Shown in pieces: positions 29,219 to 39,932 of a stretch of DNA of 64,000 bases (the stretch's first letter is position 1; the number at the start of each line of letters is the position of its first letter). The position numbers and the translations under genes are program-made. The notes below the pieces were generated by a model. It was given only the letters and a program-made list of their open reading frames with translations, was not told the DNA's origin and did not search any database. The DNA is from a virus, in the IMG/VR virus record IMGVR_UViG_3300031455_000001, positions 1 to 64,000 of that record, one strand, 5' to 3'.

Positions 29219-30836
29219 TTATTTACTCCAATTAACTCCACGACCACCATAAATAAATTGTGGTTCTTCATATTTAAAATACTTTTTAATATCTTCTTCT
29301 GACAACAACTTGTGAAAGTGGAATACTTGAACACCTCTGCCGCCAGTCTGTGTTTCAATTGTCCAATAACTATATGTTAAATCATATTTATGACCTTTTA
29401 AGAATTGATTATCTCTACCGAGGGTATCTTCCAATATGATTGTTTTCAATGCTACATACATAATTTCACCTCTGTATAAAATGGAAATCTATCAATCGAA
29501 AATCTCTAAAACGTTGTCTATTTTCGATGTTCTAAAGTAATAATCTGGATGGTTTTCACCTGTAAGATTGTCATTATTGCTAATCTTTTCTGATATCTTT
29601 TTCATAATCTCTGGCGCCACTTTTCTGTCATCTGTTTTTAGCACGATTTCAATCTTAATCATATAATTATCCTCCTGTATAAAGCTCGCATTTCATCTAG
29701 TCTAATTCCCACCAAAAATCAAACACTCTATGGAATTTACTTCCTTTTGGTTCAAACTCGCCTTTGTACTGTCTAATTTTTTTATTGGATTGCTTCTTCA
29801 AATAAGAAGAGCGTTTACCACGATAATATCTTTTTGGGTAAATACCTTCTTCAAACCACTTTCCATCCATCCAGACTGGAAACCAATCTGATTCAACCAT
29901 TTTCCAAAGCTTATTTTTGTGGTTGCGATTTCGTGCATATTTATTTTCACGTTTCTTTTTAGATTTCCTTTTTGGTTTTGGGTAGTAATCCCAATATTCT
30001 ATGCAACTTTCAATAGACCATATATCCATCTCATAATAAGCATCTTCGCTACCAAAAGACATTTCATTAACAATTAATCCTATACCAAAATCAAAATCTT
30101 GACCATCTAATTCTCTGTAAGCATTTATCTCATTTAGGAGATTAATATAGTCCTCTTTGGTTTTTGCTTCACTCGTATCAACAATCCAACCCATATAATC
30201 ACCCCTAAACTTGATAAAATGGAAATATTATCAATCCTCTAAAATTTCCAACAATTCTCTTAATAGAGATAGCTTGCCATAAGTCTCCCCGTGTTCCATT
30301 CCTAGTTCGTATGCGTCATCAAAATTACCACCGCTAGCATCACAAGCATTAAAATCTTCCCAATTTTCACCGTACATTTCTTCGTATTCTACCGCTTCAT
30401 TCTCTAACGATGCTATCTTAGCTAAAATTAATTCCTTCATTTTACAATCTCCTCCTTAGTTATGCGTCTATTAATAAAGAATAGTGCCATCTTGCTTTAA
30501 AGCAATTTCATATTTACCAATCTCACTGATTACTGCTTCATAAAGACCTAGACCTATTCCACCTTTATCTATCAATAGTTTCTCTGGTCTATTTGTTAAA
30601 ACTAATCCAAGTAGATCGTGCGCTTGAGAAGTAAATGAGCCGCTTAATCTTTTAAGATGGGATATACGACCTTCCTCAACTAAAATACGTGTAACTTTTG
30701 TATAAGCCTCTTTGCTATCTAGCTCTCTTGCCATATCTGCAATAATTATTGTCATTTTAATTTCCCTCAATATATATAGTATACCATTATATTTTGCTTT
30801 TGTAAAGGTGTTTTTGATGGTTACAATTTTCATCAA
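29219..30836 (-). other. Array of small hypothetical ORFs (29219-29461, 29492-29662, 29697-30194, 30231-30440, 30471-~30757)
   Basis: Co-oriented ORFs with RBS; 29492-29662 (56 aa) is absent from the track. Confidence 0.6.
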
Positions 30837-30966
30837 CTAAATATGCTAAAACTCTATGTTTTAAATACTTCTTATCCAATACTCTATAAAATGCTGTCAT
30901 AGCCGCCATCCAAACAGGAACATTCACTATGTTTTTATTGATAATAGTAAGTTTTTATTCAATAAA

Positions 30967-31359
30967 TTATTTTTGTGATTCACGTATTTTTTGTCGTAAG
31001 CTTTTAGGCAACTCTTTCCCAAATTCTTTAACACGTTTCTCTCTGTTCATCATCCAGTTTTGCAATTCCATATTCTCAAACCAATCCTCAAGAGTAGGCA
31101 AGAAACCCATGTCTTCAATTACATGTTGTTCACCTACGTATCTTGTGTATACTTTTTTACCATCTGAATTTACAAATGACTCACCAAATAGTCTTTCGGC
31201 TTCATATATGCCAGCAGTGTGATGTTTCAATGCTCTATGTCTCATATCTCCTAGATGAGCTTTGCTATCATCGAAATAATTATGAATATGTAAATAATCT
31301 TCCATTTTTCCACCAAAGTATTTGACTGACGACTTAGCGTGAATTTGAGGATGTGACAT
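30967..31359 (-). CDS. DUF6915-like protein
   Basis: MSHP..HAKSSVK.FGG, IH.YFDDSK, RHRALKHH..GI, GEQHV.ED; AGGAGG RBS before 31359. Confidence 0.7.
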   Translation of the reverse strand: MSHPQIHAKSSVKYFGGKMEDYLHIHNYFDDSKAHLGDMRHRALKHHTAGIYEAERLFGESFVNSDGKKVYTRYVGEQHVIEDMGFLPTLEDWFENMELQNWMMNREKRVKEFGKELPKSLRQKIRESQK

Positions 31360-31369
31360 TGATAACCTC

Positions 31370-31756
31370 CTAAAAGTTAATCTCTGTAATGTATTGATCA
31401 TATAAATCTTCTCGATAATCTGATAAAGTCTCGGTGATTAAATCGCGCAAATTCTCATTCCATCTCGAATGTTCGACTACAATATCCTCTATATTAACTT
31501 CATCGCCACTACTATCCACAGCAGTTACATCAGTGACCCACCAATCACTACCACCTTCGTCATCTGATTCGGGGTGAAAATCCCATGAAATTCGTGCAAC
31601 GTCTAATCCTACAACACTAAAGTCTTTTGAAATACTATCTTTTAATTCTACAGTCACTAATTCGACAACCACTTTGTTAAGCTCTTTTTCTAATTGACTT
31701 CTACGCTCTCTCAGGTTTTCTACTGATAAATTAATTACTGGTTCAAATTTAGTCAT
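31370..31756 (-). CDS. Acidic hypothetical protein coupled to the DUF6915-like gene
   Basis: ORF with GGGAG RBS. Confidence 0.55.
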   Translation of the reverse strand: MTKFEPVINLSVENLRERRSQLEKELNKVVVELVTVELKDSISKDFSVVGLDVARISWDFHPESDDEGGSDWWVTDVTAVDSSGDEVNIEDIVVEHSRWNENLRDLITETLSDYREDLYDQYITEINF

Positions 31757-32457
31757 TTTTATAATCTCCCTTTATTTTGTTTTAAATTATTTATACTGAA
31801 TACTGAATGCTGTCTCAGTTGGAATATTGGTCAATAGCAAAAGCATATCGCTCTTTATATACCAACTATCAGATGATGAATATGCAATTGTAATTCCATT
31901 ATTTTTTACAATTGTTCTCTTGGCTAAAGATATAGTTAGATAGTTATTGTCTTTTGTGATTTTCAAAAACTTTTTATACAGATCTTTGGATACTGAGATA
32001 AAAACTTTATCCATCGTGATCCCCATTTCTAATTTCTTTGTAAACATCAAAGTTGGAAATGTAGTCTCTATTAAGCCTTTTAACTGCTACTCTTTCACAT
32101 GTGTTCAGTGCTTCTGCTACATCAGATTGGCTTGCGAATCGCCTGTTTTCATGTTTACCAGATCGGTCTTTGTAAATGTAATAAATCCCACCAGCAATCT
32201 CTTCGAAAACAGTTGATGCGTAGTTGTTTAATTGATGGTACTGTTCATGAAATTTGTAGTAAATGTGCATTTTCCCACTCCTTATTGATCTTCTTCGCCA
32301 CAGTCTTTACAGACAAAAAGCCTGTTTCCTGTTGCTCTGTTTGTCGGATATCTTTTTAAATCAGATTCCTTTATGTATTTCTCCAAGACAAGATCGCAAT
32401 CCCAACATTCTAATTTAACTTTTATCTTCATCCCATCTCTCCTTTTATTATAATCTA

Positions 32458-32486
32458 ATTATATCATAATTTGTTGCAGTTGTCAA
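32458..32486 (-). promoter_or_regulatory. Consensus sigA promoter
   Basis: TTGACA-17-TATAAT, extended -10. Confidence 0.8.
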
Positions 32487-33034
32487 TGGCTTTTTAAAAC
32501 AACTTCTAAAGTTTTTGGTTGTAGATGGATAATGTTTCTCTGTCTTTTAATAGTGTATTTTATGCAGTTCCAAGTCCCTCCATTCTCCACTCCATCCCAA
32601 ACAGCAATCACAAACCTTGAATTATCAACCATCCACTTATTCCTATTCTGCATACACCATGCGGTATAGGAATCTTCTGAAACATAATGCACATGATCTG
32701 CCTCCCTTGTTATATGAGTCCAAGTTTCCTTATCTGCATTTTTCCACTTTGATGAGTGATTAGAGCAAGGTACTGCGCACACAAGTCTGATATGAGGATA
32801 TTTCTCTTTCAACTTTAAAACAGTTAGAGCAGACCAAGTATCAATCCCCAAAGCCATTCCAGAAACAAAAGTATCAATACCACGTTTCACAATAAGCCTT
32901 TCGATGACTGCTCTTAGTTTCAAGATTATCTTTCGATTTCCATCTGTTCTATAATCATATCCAAACCCAAGTTTATCTGGTCTGTGACCCGTGAAACAAG
33001 CTGTCTTTTCAAATTTAATATCCAATCTTATCAA
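32483..33034 (-). CDS. SLOG-family protein (YpsA/DUF1273-like)
   Basis: CFTGHRP, SGMALGID, RNKWMVDNS, VWDG..GGT. Confidence 0.85.
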   Translation of the reverse strand: MIRLDIKFEKTACFTGHRPDKLGFGYDYRTDGNRKIILKLRAVIERLIVKRGIDTFVSGMALGIDTWSALTVLKLKEKYPHIRLVCAVPCSNHSSKWKNADKETWTHITREADHVHYVSEDSYTAWCMQNRNKWMVDNSRFVIAVWDGVENGGTWNCIKYTIKRQRNIIHLQPKTLEVVLKSH

Positions 33035-33080
33035 CCCCTAAAAAAATAAGAATAGCCTTTTGACTACTCTTATTTTACCA

Positions 33081-34295
33081 TTATTTATTGTATTTGTCAA
33101 TCGTTAATTCATTGTTTTCGCAGTTGTTTTTAAAGATAAACATTCGATTATGTGGATCTCCATCTGTATCTAAGTTTGAGTATCGACCCTCACTTATCAA
33201 CACTGTCTCCAAACTGTTGATCTGATCGCCAAGATTGTGATCAATATATAAGTGAGTGGCATTTGCCGTTTCAAAAGTTTGATGAGACGGTCGCATTGAT
33301 ACTGTAGACCCATCGCTGAACCTTACATATCGTCCTTTATTATCCATACTACTATTTCTTGCTTCTCTTTCACCATCTAACAATTCGTTGACGATTGAAT
33401 TAAAAAGCTTCTCTCTGACAGCAATGTTTTTGAAATCACCGTTATCAAGATATAGAATTACAATTTTCTTAGCTCTCATTGTTATCATCTCCATACTGCT
33501 TCATAAATTCTAAGAATGTAAAATCCCCGCCATGAGTATTTAATTTAAACGTCTTGAGTCTTTCTTCAATTGGCTTATCGTAGTCATACAAACTTTGGGT
33601 CAACCTGTCATCTAAAAGTGATGGCATGATTTTTGTAAGCATATACATCCGTGCATCTGGTTCTGTGTATCTGATATCATCGTCAATATAGACGTCTGTA
33701 AATTTCATTCCTGTCAACCCGTAATCAGAAATAGGGTATAGCACAATGTCTGTGCCATCTTTGAATTGAACCCTAGAGATTTCACGAGTAATTCTTTCTG
33801 AACTTACAATTCCATTGCTATCTCCAGAATACAATACATTGTGAGCTAACTCATAGACTAATCTCTCACCAATTTGCACATTGTTATACTTCTTTTCATT
33901 ACAATATAAAACAACTATCTTCCGCATTATTACACCTCTTTATCTTTAACAAACCCTCCACGAACAACATATCCATGAGCAATAATTTCACTAATCATCT
34001 TTGAGTCAACTGATTCATCAATCAGCACTCCATTAGGATAATTATCAATGTTGTTTTTCAACTCAATAGTAAAGTTTTGCGCAACTCTTATAATTTTAAT
34101 ATCAGGATTTATTTTAAGAAAATTATCAGCCTGTAATTGCTTTCCTACAATAATAGCTAGGTCTTCTTTTACCGCTTTATCTGCAAGCAATTTATTCTTG
34201 TTGATGATGTCATGAGCATGTATCAGCTCACCTTTTTTAAGCCTGTACTTAACTGTCATCTCTAAAAGGATATGATTTACTTTCAATTTATCCAC
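33081..34295 (-). other. Three hypothetical ORFs (33081-33494, 33469-33927, 33930-34295); first two look paralogous
   Basis: Shared KIV.LY...N....E.L...F.DG......T..YID pattern in the first two. Confidence 0.55.
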
Positions 34296-35618
34296 CTACT
34301 CACCATAGTTGATATCTTCTACGCCCTTGTCTTCTCTGATTCCTTTGTATACTGGAAATCTCAAAGAAGGCAATCCAGTTTTTTCGCTCTTAGATTCTTC
34401 AAAATAAGAAACTTCAATTATTTTACCGCAAATTAAGTCTGGGTTATCGATGAATGCTTTTCTGTCTTCAAGTGTAAAGCCAGATCCAACACCGCAAAGA
34501 CCACCTTTGTATTCAACATTTACTCTTGAAAGCAAACCCTCAAATTGACCATCAATTGCTTTCTCTACACTCATAACTAAAAGATCTGCTGTCTTCATCG
34601 TTTTCACTTTCAAAAGGTCAGTGGTTCTTTTTGTTTGATATAAGCCCTCAGCAGTATTAACCATTACGCCTTCCAATCCACGCGATTCGACTTCTCTCAC
34701 GATTAAAGGAATTACACCTTTATCATCGCCTTCGTAGATGACAGGAAGTACATGAATGAATTTGCTCTCATTTGCGAAGTTTAAGATCACAGAGTCTAAA
34801 GTGTTTCTTCTCATAGAGTAATTTCTCTTTGATACTCCATCTTGAAATTCGGCAACAGTCAAAGTATCAAAAATGTGAAATTCTAAGTTCTTCTTTTCTC
34901 CATCTTTTCTTACAACCTTCTGTGTAGCTCTAAATAGTTCATCTGAAGGCAGACTGTATTTATTGTTCAACAACAATTCCCCATCGTAGACACCGTGAGG
35001 GAACTTGCTAAATTGCTCTTCAAGCTCTAACATTCCTTCAATTGCCTGACCTTTTCTAGAAAAGAATTTAACTCCATCTTTCTTTACAATTGCTACGCTA
35101 CGATTTCCATCTAGTTTTAAAGTTACAAAAAATTTACCTGTGACTTTGTTTTCTTTTTTCTCAAAAGATTCTGCTAACATAACGGCAAACGTTGGGATAA
35201 CACCTTTGCCGTAAACTTTGTTTACAGTTTTTTCAGAAATCCCTAGCTTTAAATCTTTCGTAACAATTTTTCTAACAAACTCTCTTAATTCAACGGATGC
35301 CTGTTTTTCTATGAAACTTTGCACTACATAGACATCATAATGACTGCCTGTATTACTCCGTCTTAAATAAGCCAATAAACTACCCATATTGTCAAAATTG
35401 TGATTTCCTATTTCCAAATCAAAAGGCTCAATTTCTTTTTTCATTTTCTTAGTTGAAATACCAGTCACTACGTATGGGTTGAGGAGAAATTCTAAAACCT
35501 TGCGAAATCCTTCATTGTTCTCATTGTCTTTAAGAATTTTCTCTTTTACAGCCCTGACTCCTGTATCTTGAATTGATTTGAAGATATTATATATATTCAG
35601 TAAATCCAACCACGACAC
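34296..35618 (-). CDS. lig: ATP-dependent DNA ligase
   Basis: KLDGNR, DGEL, FDTL, EGVMV, LLKVK, VGSGFT, LRFPVY. Confidence 0.93.
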   Translation of the reverse strand: MSWLDLLNIYNIFKSIQDTGVRAVKEKILKDNENNEGFRKVLEFLLNPYVVTGISTKKMKKEIEPFDLEIGNHNFDNMGSLLAYLRRSNTGSHYDVYVVQSFIEKQASVELREFVRKIVTKDLKLGISEKTVNKVYGKGVIPTFAVMLAESFEKKENKVTGKFFVTLKLDGNRSVAIVKKDGVKFFSRKGQAIEGMLELEEQFSKFPHGVYDGELLLNNKYSLPSDELFRATQKVVRKDGEKKNLEFHIFDTLTVAEFQDGVSKRNYSMRRNTLDSVILNFANESKFIHVLPVIYEGDDKGVIPLIVREVESRGLEGVMVNTAEGLYQTKRTTDLLKVKTMKTADLLVMSVEKAIDGQFEGLLSRVNVEYKGGLCGVGSGFTLEDRKAFIDNPDLICGKIIEVSYFEESKSEKTGLPSLRFPVYKGIREDKGVEDINYGE

Positions 35619-35632
35619 CTCTTATTATATTA

Positions 35633-36247
35633 TTATTTTTTACGCTTTGATTCTAAGATAGCATCGACCAATCCTAATTCTACTGCTTCTTTTGTGCGGA
35701 TATACCAGTCGCGCTTTTCTCTTTGTACTTTTTTCAGCTTTTTCTTTTCGATTTTAGTCAGGCTGACAACATACTCATCGTACATATTATTTAGTACATC
35801 TGCTTGCTTGCAATAGTCTCCAATGCCTTCAAACTTATCATGAATGCCGCCACTGCCTTGATGATACATAAAAGTTGCAAGAGGATGAGCGAATCGCTTA
35901 TGCCCAAATGCAAAGATCAAAAAACCCATACTCATAGCTTTTCCATAACAATATGTATAAATTGGAGTTACACTTGTATCAATAGCACCACATAGAGCGA
36001 ACCCATCATATATAGATCCTCCATATGTATTAACGATAATCTTAATGGGTTCACGCACATGTTTGTCATCTTTTGACTCTTTCTCTTCGTCAATTCTGTT
36101 GATTTCAAAAATGCTCATGATGATGTTCTCAATCGACTCAGCATTAACATCCTTATTAAGAATAAATTCACGCGCATCTCTTTTTTCCTCAATAGTGGTT
36201 GTAGTCTTAACTTCAACTTCATTCTTCGGTGTTTGTTCGTTCCCCAT
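35633..36247 (-). CDS. clpP: ClpP-like protease subunit (paralog 2; intact triad)
   Basis: VNTYGGSI, AMSMG (Ser), FMYHQ (His), RDWY (Asp), GLVDAI. Confidence 0.85.
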   Translation of the reverse strand: MGNEQTPKNEVEVKTTTTIEEKRDAREFILNKDVNAESIENIIMSIFEINRIDEEKESKDDKHVREPIKIIVNTYGGSIYDGFALCGAIDTSVTPIYTYCYGKAMSMGFLIFAFGHKRFAHPLATFMYHQGSGGIHDKFEGIGDYCKQADVLNNMYDEYVVSLTKIEKKKLKKVQREKRDWYIRTKEAVELGLVDAILESKRKK

Positions 36248-36261
36248 TTCAATTTCCTCCT

Positions 36262-37278
36262 TTAATGTGCTTTAGTATCAGCGTTTCGCAATATTTCTAA
36301 CTTTTCAAAAATCCCTTGCCCAACCTTGTCTTTTAATTTATTTTTATTAGCTTTGTCATCTAATAAAACCATGTGAAACTGGATAAGTGTTGAAGCTTCT
36401 TGTATAAACTCTTCTGAGAAATTCAACTTTCTCAAGAAATTAACAGCCAGTTGAGCGCCTACATTTTCATGACCATAGAAGTTTGCGTATCTTGTTTCTT
36501 CACCTTTTCTATTTACAAAGCTTTTACAGAATGCTTTACCTGTATCATGTAAAATCGCAGTCCATAACAACAATTCCTTGTCTTCACCTTCGTAGTTGTC
36601 CAATATGTACTTATAGACATAGTAGGTATGTCTGCTAACAGAGAAACTATGGTATTTTGAATCCTGTGATAGCTCGTATATGTCAAAAAACTCATCAAAA
36701 AACTGAGATAGAAACATCATCACTTCATACCCTTCTCGACCGAAAAGCACGCCTACTCTGATAGCATCTGTGAATTGTTTAGGTAATTCATTCAACTCGT
36801 CTTCAACATCTATATCGTATTGAGTGATAATCTTATCCCATCCCTCAGAATAGATAGGGATTTGAAAAGTTTTATACATTCTGTCTATTACTTCCTTTGG
36901 GACGATTCTTTCTCTTTTAGAGTTTTGCTCTAGAGTATTTTTATACGATGTCGCTATGTAATAAGCAATCTTTTCAACTTTCTTTGGTAATTGTGTAAGA
37001 AGACCTTTTCTTTTCTTGCTGTTGATATTTGTAGCGTCATATACAACATGTTTACCATCATTGAGTGCTTGCAATGTTCGCTTTCTCATTGTTTCAAACA
37101 CTTCTGTATTAATATTCTGATTTTCTTCATTGCCAGAAAGTTCTTTTCTTATATCATCAGAAGATAGATAAACAACATCATTCTCTTCTGCTAAACCTCT
37201 AGCAATGGTAGATTTGCCACTGCCGGGCAAGCCGATCATCATTATGAATTTTTTATTAGACAATGTTCTCACCTCCAT
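36262..37278 (-). CDS. Polynucleotide kinase (P-loop) fused to HD phosphoesterase
   Basis: GLPGSGKST, SSDDIR, YDATN; C-terminal HDTGK, GHENVGA, FHM. Confidence 0.85.
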   Translation of the reverse strand: MEVRTLSNKKFIMMIGLPGSGKSTIARGLAEENDVVYLSSDDIRKELSGNEENQNINTEVFETMRKRTLQALNDGKHVVYDATNINSKKRKGLLTQLPKKVEKIAYYIATSYKNTLEQNSKRERIVPKEVIDRMYKTFQIPIYSEGWDKIITQYDIDVEDELNELPKQFTDAIRVGVLFGREGYEVMMFLSQFFDEFFDIYELSQDSKYHSFSVSRHTYYVYKYILDNYEGEDKELLLWTAILHDTGKAFCKSFVNRKGEETRYANFYGHENVGAQLAVNFLRKLNFSEEFIQEASTLIQFHMVLLDDKANKNKLKDKVGQGIFEKLEILRNADTKAH

Positions 37279-37357
37279 AAAAATCTTTTCTATTTATTTC
37301 TCCATTAAAATCTTTATGTATTATTTCTTCTGCTTTCTTGTGTCACCTGTTAAATCT

Positions 37358-38635
37358 TTAACTTTCTTCATTTTTCATCGACTCTTCTTCTTCAATATCT
37401 AAAATATCGTCAGCTTTAATTAACCCTTCCAAAATTTTGAAGTCAACTGATTTTTGTTTTAATGCTGTGAATTTTTCTCTGTTATCTATTCGTGCAATAA
37501 TACCCTCTCTAATGTGTGTTCTGCCAATTGGATCTGCCCCATCTTCATGAAGCTTCACACGTTTCATTAAATTTTCTTCCGTTGTGAAGAGAAACTTGTC
37601 TAGTTCTGGCACGTGCTTAACTCCCATCTGCTCACATCTGATCTTTACTAATTCCCAAGGATATTCAACTACATGACCATCTTCATTTGTCATTGTCATT
37701 CTATAAACATAGATATCACTCTCACCATTTTCACAACCGTATGTAAATCTTGTCTTTTCACCATATGTTCTAATAAACTCTTTATCTTTAGTTTTTCTAT
37801 TATCACACTCTGGCATAATTAATTGATCTTCATTTACATATCCAGTTACTTCTAGAAAAACCTCTTCACCTTTATTCAGTTTTCCTTCAAAGAAGTTATG
37901 CCACTTCTTTCTAAACTCGTTTCCACCATAAAATCCACCGTTAAAGTTGTTTAATGTTACTCTTCGTGTACCGCTTATGTACTGCCAAGAAGTGTGCTCA
38001 GACTTAAATACTTTCAATAGCTTATTAATGATTCCATTTTTCTTCTTTACTGTATGTGCTGTACGTTGGGAAGTACCATGAAGCTTCAAGGTGATGTAGC
38101 ACAAATCTCCCTCTTTAAAGCTGTTTGTGCTATAGGCTAATTGAGAAGTATCACTATGCCTTTCAAAGAAAGGAAAAGCCTCTGAGTCTTTTTTCTTTTT
38201 ACCTTTTTGTTGTTTGACTGGCTCCTGTACTTTTTTACTCTTAGGTACATATTTTTCACAAATCAAAACGCCTTTTAACGTTGTGATTGCATCTCCCTCT
38301 TGTAGACTTGAAACCTTACAGAATCTAGACAATGAATCAATTGGCATGAATAAACCATCCGATTGCTCTCCTCTAAGCTTAATAGTGGTAACATGTCTTT
38401 TTGCAGGATCTAAATACCCTCCAGTGTTACTTCCACTAATACGCACTAAATTATTCTTCTCAGCGTACTCAACTCCCAACCTACCATCAGTAGGAAAATA
38501 CACTCCCAAATCTCCGACCTTTACATCCAAACCAACTATGACATTATTGCCAAAAACAGTTGCAACTTGTAATTTGTCAGCATTAGAGTGACCTCTTAAT
38601 TCTTTAACCGTGGTAATGTAACCGCAATAACTCAT
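37358..38635 (-). CDS. RNA ligase with N-terminal OB domain (DRB0094/Rnl5-like)
   Basis: HSNADKL, KLRGEQSDGL OB motif; KLHGTS motif I; REGII; KQKS. Confidence 0.8.
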   Translation of the reverse strand: MSYCGYITTVKELRGHSNADKLQVATVFGNNVIVGLDVKVGDLGVYFPTDGRLGVEYAEKNNLVRISGSNTGGYLDPAKRHVTTIKLRGEQSDGLFMPIDSLSRFCKVSSLQEGDAITTLKGVLICEKYVPKSKKVQEPVKQQKGKKKKDSEAFPFFERHSDTSQLAYSTNSFKEGDLCYITLKLHGTSQRTAHTVKKKNGIINKLLKVFKSEHTSWQYISGTRRVTLNNFNGGFYGGNEFRKKWHNFFEGKLNKGEEVFLEVTGYVNEDQLIMPECDNRKTKDKEFIRTYGEKTRFTYGCENGESDIYVYRMTMTNEDGHVVEYPWELVKIRCEQMGVKHVPELDKFLFTTEENLMKRVKLHEDGADPIGRTHIREGIIARIDNREKFTALKQKSVDFKILEGLIKADDILDIEEEESMKNEES

Positions 38636-38701
38636 TAGAAAACCCCTTTTATGTTATTATTTATTATACTTGTTAAGATAAAAAAATTAGAGCATTAAGC
38701 T

Positions 38702-38812
38702 CTATAAGTTAAAAACTTTTATAATCCAATTACCTGCGACTATGATTGAGACAATGATAAACAATGGATATAAGAAAAAATAATAAACTGACTTCCAAAG
38801 TTCACTCAGCAT
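38702..38812 (-). CDS. 36-aa single-TM peptide (not in track)
   Basis: MLSELWKSVYYFFLYPLFIIVSIIVAGNWIIKVFNL; GGGGTGG RBS; promoter TTGACT-17-TATGAT at 38832-38860. Confidence 0.55.
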   Translation of the reverse strand: MLSELWKSVYYFFLYPLFIIVSIIVAGNWIIKVFNL

Positions 38813-38869
38813 ACTTTCCACCCCTGCCACAATCATATCACATATAGGTATAAAAGTCAATGATATATA

Positions 38870-39724
38870 CTATATTTTACTAATTAAATAATCTATGTCA
38901 AATATTCCATTACCATTATGGTGACTATGTTCTCCTAAATTGTCAATTAGCATTCTTATATCCTTAGATTTAAGATATACTCCCTTATTTCTTGCGTGAG
39001 AAATCAAAAGTGCTATGCCGCCCGCAACTAGAGGTGATGCCATAGAAGTTCCAGATTGTACTATGTAATTTCCATCTTTATATGTAGAAAGTATATTCTC
39101 AGCAGGTGCTACAGTATTCATTTCTTTTCCGTAATTGGAGAAGGATGCTAAATTCATACTTCTATCCAACCCTCCAACCCCGATTACTTCATCCATAAAT
39201 GCGGGGTATTGAGGTTCATAATGTGAAGAGTTTCCTGTAGCACAAACTATGGTTATTCCTTTATGATAGGCTTCTGCAATACGCTCACGAAGAATGATAG
39301 GAAGATCTCTCTCTACCCCTAGACTCATCGATAAAATATCTACTTCATGATTTATTGCAAATGTAATCCCATCCATGATATGAGATAAATGTCCTCTACC
39401 CTGATCATCTAAAACTTTAGCTATATATAAATCTGCATTTGGTGCTACTCCAGTTTTTTTACCGACTAGCAAACCTGCTACAGAGGAACCATGCCCAAGC
39501 ATATCTTTTACATCTTCATTTTTCTTAGCCATATTTATCTTGGATTTAATACTGTCTTTTAAGTCTGGATGATCCTCATCTATTCCACTATCTATGACAG
39601 CTATCTTCACACCTTCACCTTTTGTAAGGAGCCAAGCTTTATGAGCATTGATAGCTTTTAATCCCCAATCAATCTCTGGCAAACCGTCTAGAGATTCAAT
39701 CACTGTTGATTTTAAATCGGTCAT
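38870..39724 (-). CDS. Subtilisin-family (S8) serine protease without signal peptide
   Basis: VIDSG (Asp), GHG (His), GTSMASP (Ser). Confidence 0.92.
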   Translation of the reverse strand: MTDLKSTVIESLDGLPEIDWGLKAINAHKAWLLTKGEGVKIAVIDSGIDEDHPDLKDSIKSKINMAKKNEDVKDMLGHGSSVAGLLVGKKTGVAPNADLYIAKVLDDQGRGHLSHIMDGITFAINHEVDILSMSLGVERDLPIILRERIAEAYHKGITIVCATGNSSHYEPQYPAFMDEVIGVGGLDRSMNLASFSNYGKEMNTVAPAENILSTYKDGNYIVQSGTSMASPLVAGGIALLISHARNKGVYLKSKDIRMLIDNLGEHSHHNGNGIFDIDYLISKI

Positions 39725-39932
39725 CCTTATACTCCTTGTCTATCTCTTGTCTAGCCATTATCTTCTTATATTCAGCTTCAGAAACACTTCTCTCACCTTT
39801 ACATTTTGGGCAATAGATACAGAAAAACTCCTGCAAACTATATCCTACACCTTTGTTTGTATTCTTTTTTTCAGATGTTAATAAATGATAATGGTGTTTG
39901 CACAATCTATTTCTTAATAAACTTAACAGCAT
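39696..39932 (-). CDS. Small Zn-ribbon protein (paralog-like to 58523-58819)
   Basis: CKH..YCPKC motif shared with 58523 ORF. Confidence 0.55.
   Translation of the reverse strand: MLLSLLRNRLCKHHYHLLTSEKKNTNKGVGYSLQEFFCIYCPKCKGERSVSEAEYKKIMARQEIDKEYKDDRFKINSD

Noticed and set aside
32983-32998. parS-like TGTGACCCGTGAAACA and half site at about 44245
   Set aside because: Multiple mismatches and located in conserved coding motifs (CFTGHR; VRETA)
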